From NCBI GenBank assembly GCA_951406725.2, contig OX597831.1, positions 62,930,001 to 62,994,000 on the forward strand: DNA of 64,000 bases, in the 5' to 3' direction. Both the position numbers and the translations under genes were made by a program. The stretch is from Octopus vulgaris (Eukaryota). This document shows, piece after piece, positions 1 through 11,738 of this stretch (positions are counted from its first letter, which is position 1; the number at the start of each line of letters is the position of its first letter). A model generated the notes under the pieces. The model made no database searches. It was not told the DNA's origin and saw only the letters and a list, made by a program, of their open reading frames with translations.

Positions 1-949
1 CTCTATCAGAATTGAGCTACAAGTATAATCCCTACGGAAGTTCAAAAACATGCGGCAAATACTTCCGACGATTCCGTCATAGTATATCATCTAAATACCA
101 TACTTGTTATGATGTGACTAGTCTGAAGAGTCTGTTCTACTGCTTATTTTATAGGGTAGGCTAAATAGTCCGGTTTTGGTCGATACTAAACTTCCAAGGT
201 TCTAATAGGAAGATAACTTCACTCTATCCCTTGCACATAAGCACTTATTAACTATAATATTTTTACTACTTATATCCACCGTCCCTTGGGGAGATTATAT
301 TATTAGTTCGTTCTGCCAAAGGCTTCCAGTAATGTGAATGCCACGACAGTTTACTTGACTGCGTATTCTTGTGCTTATTCAGATATCAATTTAACTTCTA
401 TAATATTTATCGGCCTTTAATATTTGCGTAAGCACATTTGCAAACATATTACAATGATTTTTTGTTGTTGCTTTTCTTTCACCCACCCACCTCTTCTGCA
501 ATACTTCCGACCGTATATCGAACTAGTCTTCCTACACTGCCATCCATACATCTCCTTCACTAACCAAGTTTTATAGCCTAATGGTAAGATAGATATGCAA
601 ATTCTGTAATTACTATTAATTAGTTCAGAGTGGTTTGCAAAATAGATAAAACTTATTAATTAACGATTTAATGGATCTGTTAATTTTTCCTCCAACTACT
701 TAAATATTTTTTTTTTTTGCATTTCATGTTATTTTATAGATTTCTAAATGTTTGAAATTATTCTCTTCTTGATATAGCATTAACAAACAGTCAGCCTTTT
801 TTTTTTCATGATGCACCATTCTACTTTTGAAATTTTGGATTCTTTTTACTGTATTGCGCATAGCTGATGACCAACTCAGCAACATCAAATACAGGTAGAT
901 TTCCTAGAGCAATATTTATTTAGTAGAATCATACATACGTACATACATT

Positions 950-1294
950 CAGTAGAGGACTGGGTATAAAAATATTGGTTGCCAGGACACTAAGGAGGCC
1001 CACCCGCAACAACAAAGGAGCCCACCCGCGAATACAAGGGGGCCTACCCGCAACTACAATGCTATCATTTAATTTTCTTTTTCTTTTTCTTTTTGTTAAG
1101 GGTATTCTTTTCAATTGACTACAAACAGCCAGGCTGAAATAATTAAGGCATTCTTTCAGGAGTGAATAGAAAGCTTCTCAAACTTGAGGGGATGTGCCAC
1201 TTAGATACTAACACGGGCCCCCATATATTGATTCTAATGGCGCAGCGGCCCACTTGCCATCAGGCAAGCTGGCAACCTGATCAGTCGTCTACTG
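950..1294. mobile_element. Non-autonomous hAT-like MITE
   Basis: 13-bp TIRs CAGTAGAGGACTG (950-962) / CAGTCGTCTACTG (1282-1294, 1 mismatch). 8-bp flanking duplication CATACATT (942-949) / CATACGTT (1295-1302). Internal GGCCCACCCGC-like repeats x3. CAG termini plus an 8-bp TSD is the hAT signature. Confidence 0.75.
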
Positions 1295-1312
1295 CATACG
1301 TTACATATTTAG

Positions 1313-1682
1313 GAGCAGGAGTGGCTGTGTGGTAAGAAGCTTGCTTAGCAACCACAGCGTGACACTTTGGCCAAGTGTTTTCTACTGTAGACTCGAGCCG
1401 ACCAAAGCCTTGTGACGGAAACTGAAAGAAGTCCTTCTAATATATATATATATATATATATGTGTGTGTATGTGTGTGTTTGTGTGTCTGTGTTTGTCCC
1501 CACATCGTTGTTTGATCAAAGATGCTGGTGTGTTTACGTCTCCGTAACTTAGAGGTTCGGCAAATGGACCGATAGAATAAGTCCCATGCTTACAAAGAAT
1601 AAATCCTGGGGTCGATTTTCTCGACAAAAGGCAGTGCTCCAGTATGGCTGCAGTCAAATTAGTGAAACAAGTAAAAGAATAA
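1313..1682 (+). mobile_element. tRNA-derived SINE family A (internally deleted copy)
   Basis: Head GGAGTGGCTGTGTGGTAAG, internal (TA)n(TG)n and tail TGAAACAAGTAAAAGA, all shared with the other copies in the window. Confidence 0.85.
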
Positions 1683-1870
1683 AATTTATATATATATATA
1701 TTATAAATATATATATATATATATATTTATATGCACATATATACATACATACACATATATACATATGCATATATGGGTACAGGACGTCACCAACAGTAAA
1801 CAACATGCAATACGAAAACAAATGAGTTCAATACGCAAACAACGAGAGAAACAAAGGGGAAAAAAGGACA

Positions 1871-2076
1871 TTCTCTTTTACTTTTGCAGATACTAGATAG
1901 TGGTCATGCTGGGACACTGCCTTGAAAAATGTTTAAGTCTAATGAATCGACTGTCTTTTCCAAAACCGCTAAGTTTGCAGCGACGTAACCACTCCAACAC
2001 CGGTTGTCAAGGTCCTGAGAATGAAAGACAAGCACACGCACAAAATCAAAAGACACACACACACAGGCATATGATA

Positions 2077-2144
<68 letters not shown>

Positions 2145-3810
2145 AAAGTTACAAAAAAGTAAAAGACGAAAACAGATGTATGATCAACAAGCAGAATTAT
2201 TAATTTGACGTTCGGGAAAACGAGAAAGTCTTTTAGCTTTCGAGCCTCCGCTCATAAACGGAAAGAAATTCAAGAAAATAAAGTGAGAGGGAAGTAAAAG
2301 CCTTGTGCGTTTAGCGGTCAAACATTGCGACTGGTTAGAAAGAAATTTTTGACAGATGAGGTAGTAAGAAGGAGAGGTAATAAAGTATTGATGATCCCAA
2401 AACAAATGTGCAGGCGCGTATGTATGTAAGTGTATGTGTGTGAATAGGGACTAGTGACTTTGACGTGTGTAGATGTATGCGAGTGTAAGTGTGTACGTCT
2501 GTAATGTGTTGGTGTGTGGATGATGGCGTGTGGGATGAAGTATGGGTGTGTGGGGAGGTATACATGAAAGGTGGGTTGGAGTGAAGAAAGGAAGTATGTG
2601 TCAGAGGAAGAGAGGACAGGAAAGGTGGGAAGAAGTGAAGAGAGGAAGTATGTGCCAGATGAAGAGAGAAGAGAAGGGGAGTGAGACAACGAGAGGTTGA
2701 AAGTTGAGCATATGTAGCGGAAAAGAGTAAAGAGATAAGATTTATTCCCATTCACGGCGAAGGCGAGAGTCCATATGGCCCGTGTGCAAAAATAATCCGA
2801 ACACAGACAGGTGTCATAGGGAATGACCGGTACAGCGGAAATGGCGCGAGACCGGGGTGTTATTGCCGACTCTCATGTCTCGGCGGTGCTCCGCGAACCG
2901 GTCAGCCAAGCGGCGTCCTGTTTGACCGATGTACAGAGAAGGGAAGAAAGGGCAGAGAATGAGGTAAATGATGTTGCAGGTAAAGGAGTCAGTGATATGA
3001 TAAGGACGATGATGGTGCTTGTGAGGAAGGTGGTGTTGGAGAGGTAGGGGCAAGTGCGGCAGTATGGGAGGGAGCAGGGGAACATGCTAGGTTGGGTGGT
3101 GGTCATAAGGGAAAATGTGGACCAGAAGGTCACGCAGGTTGTGAGCTAGTTTGAAGAGGGGAAGGGGTAGTTTGGGGAAGGTATACGAGGTGGACCCGTC
3201 GGACTGGAATAGCCGAAAGGCTCAGAGAATGGTGCGTTGGAGAGACAGCTTGCAGTGGTGGTAAGTAAGAGGGAATGGGAGACGGGTAACGGTGGAGTGG
3301 GTGCGGAGAGAGAGAGAGCAGAGGCACGGTCCACAGAACGTGCTCTGGCAAGGCCTGTGTGGATAGTGCTAAGGGGATGTCCATGAAGGATGAAGTTGCG
3401 AGACATGCGTTGAGTCTGAGTCTGAAAAACATGGTTACACTGCAGAGCCTGTGCAGACGGAGGAATTGAGAGTAGGTGAGGGAGAGCGTCATGTGGGTAG
3501 CGTGGGAGATGGAGAAGTTACGGTATGAGTATGAGTCGGTGTGTTTGTGGGGGAAGTAGTAAGTGAGAGCAGAGTGGTGTGTGTTGACCGAAATGTTGAG
3601 AAATGCGACGGAAATGTTGGAAATAGTGCAGGAGAATTCGAGAGAAAGATGGAAGGATTGGACAAAAGAGATGAAGGTGTCAAGAGGTCCGCGGAAAAGT
3701 AAGGTTGCACCGATACAGTCATCAATACAACAGGTTTCTTTCAGTTTCCGTCTACCAAATCCTCTCACAAGGATTTCGTTGGCTCTAGTAGAGAACACAT
3801 GCCCAATGGT
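1871..3810 (-). mobile_element. SINE family A split by a Penelope-like insertion (3' half ~1871-2060, 5' half ~3728-3810)
   Basis: Both halves match the family A consensus on the minus strand and flank the PLE at the position of the SINE internal microsatellite. Confidence 0.7.
2142..3727 (-). mobile_element. 5'-truncated Penelope-like retroelement, Neptune type (RT C-terminus, zinc knuckle, GIY-YIG endonuclease), frameshifted
   Basis: Translated fragments: IDD...AFLNISV...KHTD...YSQFLRLHRLCS (RT and thumb), CSLPYCRTC (C-x4-C-xx-C linker) and NIIYLILC...LYIGQTGRRLADRFAEH...VSRHF (GIY-YIG). The 3' tail ends in (TA)n. Confidence 0.9.
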
Positions 3811-4259
3811 ATACTTACGTCTATGAAGCTATACAGTGCATGTGCACTGTTTGCATCTGTGCTTGTGCAACGGTGTGTATGAGTATCTGTACGCGCGCGT
3901 GTGTGTGTGTGTGTACGTGTGTGTACGTATGTATATATATATATATATATATATATAAATGTATATACGTGTATATATATAAATGGATTACACTTGAGTT
4001 AAACTCCATTTATTTATTTATATATATTATACAAAATATTTCACGTAAACCCTAAGTTTCTACCTTTAAAAACAAAGAGTTACAGCCTTTTTAATTTGTG
4101 TGATTTGTTGCTACCCTGGTAACTATTTATCTATTTTTTCCATGTTAATTGTTAACAAGGGAATAATACACACATCTATTTATATACACTATATATTTAT
4201 ATACTTATATATTTATGCTGACTCAATGTGTTGCTGTAGTGAGTTTATGTAGTCAGATC

Positions 4260-4510
4260 AAATGTATAGGACAGGTGTGTTAGGACAGCAATTGAAGGAA
4301 CAATTTGAATGAAACGAGTGTAAGGCATAGATGAACAGTGAATGAGATTACCGGAGGCGCATGAAAGTGTCGGTTATGTGGAAAGAACGTTTTTAGGCGT
4401 CGGGGAAGACCGAAGTCTTACGGGTGAAGACGCAGATTTGACAATGTGATCGAGAGCAAAGAGAGAGGCCAGTATGATGGTCGAGAGTTGGTAAGCATGT
4501 ACAAACGTAG
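4260..4510 (-). pseudogene. Highly decayed LINE RT fragment (possible)
   Basis: Minus-strand LTNSRPSYWPLSLL resembles the NYRPISLL motif of CR1/L2/Jockey RTs. This is a single motif only. Confidence 0.3.
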
Positions 4511-4808
4511 AAATGAAGGTACGTGAAAATATACGTTCATATATGTATAGACTATCATGCGGTACTCGTGCATGCACTAACAAATCCCTACACAGATGAC
4601 AAAATAACAAGTTATCATCATAAAGGAGTAATACAAATGAGAACGTACATGTATTCACACAAATTTATTTTCTCAGTTGCTAGAATAAAAAATAAACAAT
4701 ACCAATCGCAGTATAAAAGCACACACACATATATGCATATATATATAAAAACTTATACGTACATATACATATATATACACATACATATATTCATACATAT
4801 ATATACAT

Positions 4809-4846
<38 letters not shown>

Positions 4847-4916
4847 GAGCCTGCATATATAATTGATATGTATGTCTAGTTGTAAATATATAGATGTATA
4901 CGTAGATATACATATA

Positions 4917-4982
<66 letters not shown>

Positions 4983-5789
4983 CAGAGACATATATACATA
5001 CATATACATGATATATAATATGAGCTGTCTCTATGTGATAACTTGTAATTTCCCGATGTTCTTCCTCTTTATTTATTCTTACTGTCTGTCTGGGTCGTTT
5101 GCTCTGCAAAATTTATACGTAAAAAAGTTAATAACAGCTAATCAGTAGCTGACATGATGTCTTGCTTGTCAGAGAAGAGAATATAAAGAAAGAAACAATG
5201 CTACAAAAGAAAAGTTCTTATATTGCTAGCTTCACTCAGTTCGTTAAAAACTTTTTTTTCTATAATTTTATTTGTGCCAGTCTTCTATACTACTCCATTG
5301 CTAACATCTTTGACATATATAAGTAATGTCGCATAACTTTGCGTACAGCTATAATGGCTCATTGTTCGCAAAGAAAAAAATTCGTATCGGCTCGAATAAA
5401 TACGCAGAAATTTGTAGTGACTGCCGCACGTGGGTATGTGCCAAATGTCTCCCCTTATGTATATCGATAGACATTCTTAGATTCACATATTTGAGTGCTT
5501 GCTGTATGTGTTTTATGTGCATATATATGTTTGTGTAAGTATAGGTATGCATAAATAAACATATGCAAGCATATATATGTATATATATATATATATATAT
5601 ACTGAGAGAGAGGTGGGGAGGGGGAGGGAGACAGAGAGAAAAAGAGTGAGAGAAGGAGAAAGACAGAGAGATAGAGGAGAGATGGGGAGAGACACACACA
5701 GAGGCAAAGAGAGAGAGCGAGCGAGAGAGAGAGAAAATTGCAAACTTGGAAAATGAGAATTTCGAGATGCCTGTATAAGTACTAAAATC

Positions 5790-6798
5790 TTCGAATGATT
5801 ATATGAGGAATGGTTATAAAAAGGATCTCCCAATAATACCAAGACTTTCAAAAATCCAAATTCAAGAAAGTCCACAGGTTTAAGTAAATTTATATGGGAA
5901 TTAAAATCTAGAAAAAGAGACTACACCCTTATTTGGGGTATAATAGTTAGAGCCCACTCTTATAATATTGGGAATAAAATGTGTTTTTTATGTAGAATAG
6001 AATATATGAAACTACTACAGTCTAGATATAAATAACTAAACTCATACGATGAACTAGGATTTAAATTTCGACACAGAAGTAATTTTACTTTCAATAAAAG
6101 GAAATAGTGAATCCCGCCCGCGTCCCATGAATCTAATAACCACACACGTTTGATTTCTACAGTACTTGGATAGATTATATAAATAATTTAATTAATTAAT
6201 TAAATATTACTAAGAATTATATTATAACAAATGATATATATCCCTCAACATAGATTAAAGATAATAGTAGAAGATAATTTAAATTAAACTATGCATAGTG
6301 GAATTACTCACCTCGATATCAATCAACTATAAATTCCCATAGTGCTCTGCTATCTACACTTCTTATCCACCATTTTGAAAGACATCTTGATTCCATCAAA
6401 GGAGGATATGTATTTGCATCTTTATGTTATTTTTCGCATTTAATCACAGACATTTTTATTGTTTTATATCTTATACTTTGTATTTGACATTATATAATTG
6501 ACTTTTGATATATGCCTACTAATTCATATTTATAATGTATAATTTATGATTTTTAATTCTTAACTTTATAAAGTATAATTTGTAATTTTTAATGTTTAAA
6601 TTAATGTTTAAATTAAACGTGTACTTCCTTCATAATTGATAATGTTATTTTTAATTGAAGTATGAGATAATTAAGGAAGTATATTTTATAACCTGCTGGT
6701 ATTATTTCGTGAGTCTACCTTCAAATATGCTCATTAGGTTATTTTATGTATTATCTGAAAAAGAATACCCGCATATCAATTAATCCACAAAATTGAAT

Positions 6799-6800
<2 letters not shown>
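5790..6800 (+). mobile_element. 3' fragment of Naiad-like Penelope element (second copy of the 36.2-38.6 kb family)
   Basis: Colinear similarity to ~37310-38556, including STGLSKFIWELK...CFLC...ELGFKFRHR and the long AT-rich 3' region ending CCCGCATATC...GAATTA-(TA)n. Confidence 0.85.
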
Positions 6801-6855
<55 letters not shown>

Positions 6856-6981
6856 CTAATGTAGGATAAATTTTTTTTTCGGGAAAACATTTTTTTATCA
6901 ATGGCCAGCATATCGAAAAATACCTTTAAAGGTTAAATTTATGAATATATATATATGTGTGTGTGTGTATATATATACATA

Positions 6982-7039
<58 letters not shown>

Positions 7040-7229
7040 TAAATATGTATATATGTATATAAATATATATGTATAAATATATATATATAGTGCTAGTGCA
7101 TGTATATATGTGTATATATATGTGTACATATTACATGTACATCTATATATATACATCTACACATAAAATACAAAATACAAAGTTATATCTTGATATCGCT
7201 AGTGATAACAATACTCAAAATATATAACA

Positions 7230-7770
7230 GACTGGAATTGTAGGCCCGTCTCTTGCAATTTCGATCAATTGTATCTTGTCCTCCCTCTTGTATAGAAGTG
7301 TGGATACAATCCAGCCTACCTCTACTTCTGGGGGGACATATTAACTTTTTATCCGGGACGTCCTACGTCCCAGATATAAAGGTAGAAATAAAATATTTCC
7401 ACTTTGCAAGGTTCGACTCGAGTACTCCCTTGCACGCTCCGTTGACTCGAACCTTGCTTCTATTGTGGCGAATTTACTGCCTCTGGTTAGATACTTGATA
7501 TCTTTCACATTCGCACCAAGACACTTTTCGATGGTGCTTTCCTCCAGGTGTTGAAGTCTTTTTTTTCTCTACATTGTATACTTTATAGACAATAGTCTTT
7601 TCTTTAATTTCATTTTTTATTTCATTTGGTGGTTTTATCCTAGATTCACCGTATTTGTCGTTGATGAATCCGAAATAGTTTTGTATTTCTTCCATTTTAA
7701 TTTTAATGGGTTCGCACCCGCCGACGGCTGCAACGAAATTCCTTTCTGGACTTTCTTCTATCGAAGGCAT
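7230..7770 (-). pseudogene. Frameshifted coding relic, possibly LINE ORF1-like
   Basis: ORF 7474-7770 continues by frameshift into YLTRGSKFATIEARFESTERAREYSSRTLQSGNILFLPLYLGRRTSRIK/YVPPEVEVGWIVSTLL. The stretch is clearly protein-like, but the family assignment is tentative. Confidence 0.35.
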
Positions 7771-8451
7771 TTTAACAAAAATGCTTCCGTATAAATGGTG
7801 AAAATATTGTCAATTCAATTTTTAAACAATAACCAAATCTCCTTCTCGCAGAAGGGGAGGTTTACGGTTTACAATTATTTAACAACGTTTCCCTTACGAG
7901 GAACCAACAAACGTGATAACAATAGTTAAATAGTAATAATAATAACAACAAACCTTAACAATAACAACAAAGCAGTACGCAGTTGACGCTATATAGTCCT
8001 TTATATATAAGAAATAAACCAACAGCAGTACTCAGTAGAAGCGGCTGTTCGGAAAAACAGACATTACTTACTGCTAAACTTCATATAGATACTTAATGCT
8101 AGCTAATTAGCAGATAATCTAATGTAAAAGCCGTGGTAAAGGGTATGTGCACAGCTCCATCTGGACTTTTACATTTCTGCACACTAATTTTATTTTTAAT
8201 TTATTCCCATCCATGTGAAACCACTTATTCAAGTTCAAGTCATTGATGCACTTTTATACCAATTGCTATTTTTACTTTTAATTGTTATGTTACAATTCAA
8301 TTATTATATTATACTTCAGTTTGATTTTAATTATTACTTACTACATATAATTCAATTGTTATTATTATCTCTAATTTTTATTGTTAAAGTGAAAGTATCT
8401 GACATAAAATAAAGAAATGTTTTTGTTTCACTTTTAACACGTAATACTGAA

Positions 8452-8776
8452 ATAGTGGAGAAGATATGATATTGCTATGGGCTCGCCCTAGGTAAGAAGT
8501 TGAACTACATGGACCCTAAGTAAGGCATGTGTAAAATTTGAATGAAATCGTTTGTGTAGTTCTCAAGTTTTAGGGAACCATAGTGGAGAAGATATTATAT
8601 TGCTGTGGGCTCGCCCTAGGCAAAAAGTTAAATTGTTTGCCGATGACACTCCCCGGACCCTAAGCAAGGCATGTGTAAAATTTGAATGAAATTGGTTTTG
8701 TAGTTCTCAAGTTTTAGAGAAACACACAGACAGACAGACAGAAATACATTCTCAGTTTTATATATATAGAGAGAGA
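8452..8776 (-). mobile_element. 5' part of a non-autonomous Helitron-like element with a ~128-bp internal tandem duplication
   Basis: The minus strand starts TC(TC)TATATATATAAAACT followed by (TGTC)n, like the element at 60884-61389. Direct repeat 8452-8579 / 8580-8722. The 3' end was not identified. Confidence 0.5.
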
Positions 8777-8780
8777 TATT

Positions 8781-8920
8781 CGACGGGCTCCTATCAGTTT
8801 CTGTCTATCAAAGCTTTGGGCGGCCCGAAGCTATAGTAGAAGACACTTGCCTTAAGTGCCACGCAGTGGGACTGAACCCGGAACCATGTGATTAGGAAGC
8901 AAGTTGCTTACTGCACACCC
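8781..8920 (-). mobile_element. SINE family A, 5' part
   Basis: Matches the family head including the B-box-like GGTTCAGTCCC. Confidence 0.85.
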
Positions 8921-9366
8921 ACTTAGCTTAAAAGACACACTATTGGGCAGCTTTTAAGCTGATATATAGCTTTTAAGCTACTGACCCCAAATGGGAAGAT
9001 CTGCAAACAGATCTCTAACTTGTTTTGGAGAATCTGTTGCAATTGCTTCCCCCAGAGTCATATCTCCTGGATTTCGCAATTAATTTCGATTATTCTCAAA
9101 ATTTATTTTTAAGTTATAAAAATTGTTATCGTACAAAAACATTCGTCGCAACAGATCACGTAAAAAAATCGCCGAAGACATTCGCAGTAATGAAAACTTA
9201 GGAATCCCAAATGACAGTATTGAAGATCCGGATTCGGCTCTGAATGTTTTTTCGTTTAATTTACTCACGCAGTCGGTTCGATTCCAAAATGGTATGATAT
9301 GTTGGGCTACGGCATCTAGGAGTGAAGTTGAGAAAGTGTAACACACTGACATTCAGATTTATTATA

Positions 9367-9439
<73 letters not shown>

Positions 9440-9569
9440 TGTATACATGTTCTAATCAGATGAGAAGTCATGAGATACACACGCGCACACACGAACACAG
9501 ACACAGATATTTTTCAGTTAATTGACGATTTAGTCTAGTATTTCTTGAAATTTCACTCCTTGTAAGTTT

Positions 9570-9930
9570 ATATGCAGTCACTGACGAAACCTATGGAGAA
9601 TTGTGGATTATTGTGTCCAGGAACCACCAGCTGCATCGATAGATGGAGGCTGAAATGCTTAACGCTTGATTGAACTTGTATGTTCGAAATGTTGTGAACA
9701 AATATTGATTGGAATAAGGGATATGACCGGAACCAACCATGATAAAATATATTTTGTAATATTGTACTGCTTTCCTTTTTCGAGACCACATGGATTTTGT
9801 ACGACGAAAAGGTGAGAAGGGCGAAATCGCTGAGGCAAAGGACGACGTTGATGACAATCATAACGCTGACACCGCTGCTGGTGTTCATGATAGAGATTTC
9901 GTGCTTGGACGGAAATGAAATTATTCAACA
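9570..9930 (+). pseudogene. Possible decayed PIF/Harbinger transposase fragment
   Basis: DETYGELWIIVSRNHQ weakly resembles the DSGY..PWLMTP..NP motif and is followed by an acidic tail. Many stops. Confidence 0.25.
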
Positions 9931-10989
9931 TGTAAAGGCAATAGAGTATGTAATGACAGAAATACAAAATGGATAAAAGGTTAATGATGATGAAGAGGAA
10001 AAATGTAGTTGACTACTTTGAACCGAAAAGAGATAAGATAGAAGAGAGGAGAATGGGAAGGAAATGACAAATTAAATGGCCAGTAGATATCATATTTCGC
10101 CTAAAATTTAGGCGAAATATGATTGGCCCTAAACCTTTTTATGGCCTTTATATTTGTCGCCCCACTGTATTGAGCAAATGTATATCATGTACCGAGACAC
10201 GAGAATGTTTCTTCCTTCTTTAGTCTATCAATAACAACATTGTCCGCTCAGTGAGCAATGAAAAACTAGCATCTAACCGCAGCCTGGATACTTCGCACTT
10301 TCGCTATCATTTTCTACTTTCTCTTTCTCGCTTCTCTCTCTCCATTCTCAATCTTAATGACTCATTCGGGCGACAGAGAGAGGAATAAGGCAAGAATCCT
10401 AGTAAAATATGTGTATGCACTTTCGGGATTATAGAAGGTCAAATCTAATGCGATTCATGTGCGGTTTATGTTGTTTAGCTTTATAGTAAGTTAGTATAAC
10501 TAATATAACTAAGTAAGGTGATATAACTAATACTACTGTCTCTGGTAGTGTCACCAATATCTGGACAGTAAATTATAATTGCACAATTCTTATTAGTTTA
10601 ACATGTCACGGCGCCAAGACACTAAATTCTAAATTGAACATCTGCATATTGTTCTGTATTGATATAGTTGTAGTATGCTATACACATTCACAAAAACACA
10701 CCAGACATTACTGTTTACGCTCACATGCATAGAAATACGAACTCATACATGCGTATGTATGTATGCATGCATATATGCATACATGTATGTATATGTGTAT
10801 ATATATATATATAGACAAATCAGAACATGGAGAGGATATAAAATCGACAAACATCAACCAGTAAACATTCCATTATATCTATTTATTAAATGATAACAAC
10901 GATGTGTTTAAGTGGTACCAGTAAGGGAATGAGATACATAAACAGATATATATAGAGAGAGATGGATGAATAATAATAGATGAACCGAA

Positions 10990-11140
10990 CTAATTGACCC
11001 CGGGACTTATTCTTCATATGCCTAGTACTTATTCCATCGGTCCATTTTGGTCGAAGCACTAAGTTACGGTACATAAAGACACCAATACCGGTTGTCAATG
11101 GATAGTGCGGGACAAAGGCAGGCACACACAAATAGACACA
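10990..11140 (-). mobile_element. SINE family A, 3' part
   Basis: GACCCCGGGACTTATTCT...AGTACTTATT...AAGTTACGG...CCGGTTGTCAA matches the family. Confidence 0.75.
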
Positions 11141-11146
11141 CACACA

Positions 11147-11185
<39 letters not shown>

Positions 11186-11209
11186 TTATATATAAATACA
11201 TATATATAT

Positions 11210-11738
11210 TAAAATCTTAGGGTAGCAAGAATATTCTAAGAAAAATATTCATCGAAAATTCTTAGTTACCAGTGGTCTAGCGAGAAAGAAAAAATTAGTC
11301 AATAGACTATATATTATTCAAAGAAGAATACAGTGTACGTTCAAACACAAAAAGAGATACTCGAAGAATAGGATATCGGACTCGCTAGAAAGAGCAGTTA
11401 AAACTCCAAGCCACCAACTGTTGTAATTCCGAAAGTGATTGGAAAATAAAAACTTTTACCTTAATCCTAGACCCTGCAAGGTTTCTGCAGACTTAAATAC
11501 AGGTTGAAATAAAATAATTTCAGCCCATATCTGGCGCTGCTTCTTCTGTAGGTTGCCAGGACTGAACACATTCAAAGAAGAATACAGTGAATGTTCAAAT
11601 ACAAAAGAGATACCCGAAGAACAGGATATCTGATTCACTAGAAAGAGCAGTTAAAACTCCAAGCCACCAATTGTCGTAATTCCGAAAGTGATTGGAAAAT
11701 AAAAATTTTTACCTTAATCCTATAGGATTAAGGTAAAA
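11210..11738 (-). mobile_element. Retrozyme-like / Penelope pLTR-type small element: partial tandem (period ~253 bp) with hammerhead and terminal fold-back
   Basis: Direct repeat ~11317-11469 / ~11571-11722. Hammerhead fold at 11466-11552. 32-bp palindrome at 11707-11738. Homologous to 42008-42310. The 3' end abuts (TA)n. Confidence 0.75.
11466..11552 (-). ncRNA. Type I hammerhead ribozyme, core variant CAGAAGA (probably inactivated)
   Basis: Minus strand: CCTA-CAGAAGA-aGCAG...long hairpin...CTGCa-GAAAC-CTTGCAGG-GTC-TAGG. Stems I, II and III are present; U4 is changed to A. Confidence 0.7.

Noticed and set aside
5240-5450. piggyBac-like relic (FFYNF, CSDCRTWVCAKC); a similar MFYN motif lies near 47630
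   Set aside because: The motifs are too short and decayed, and no TTAA/TIR ends were found.
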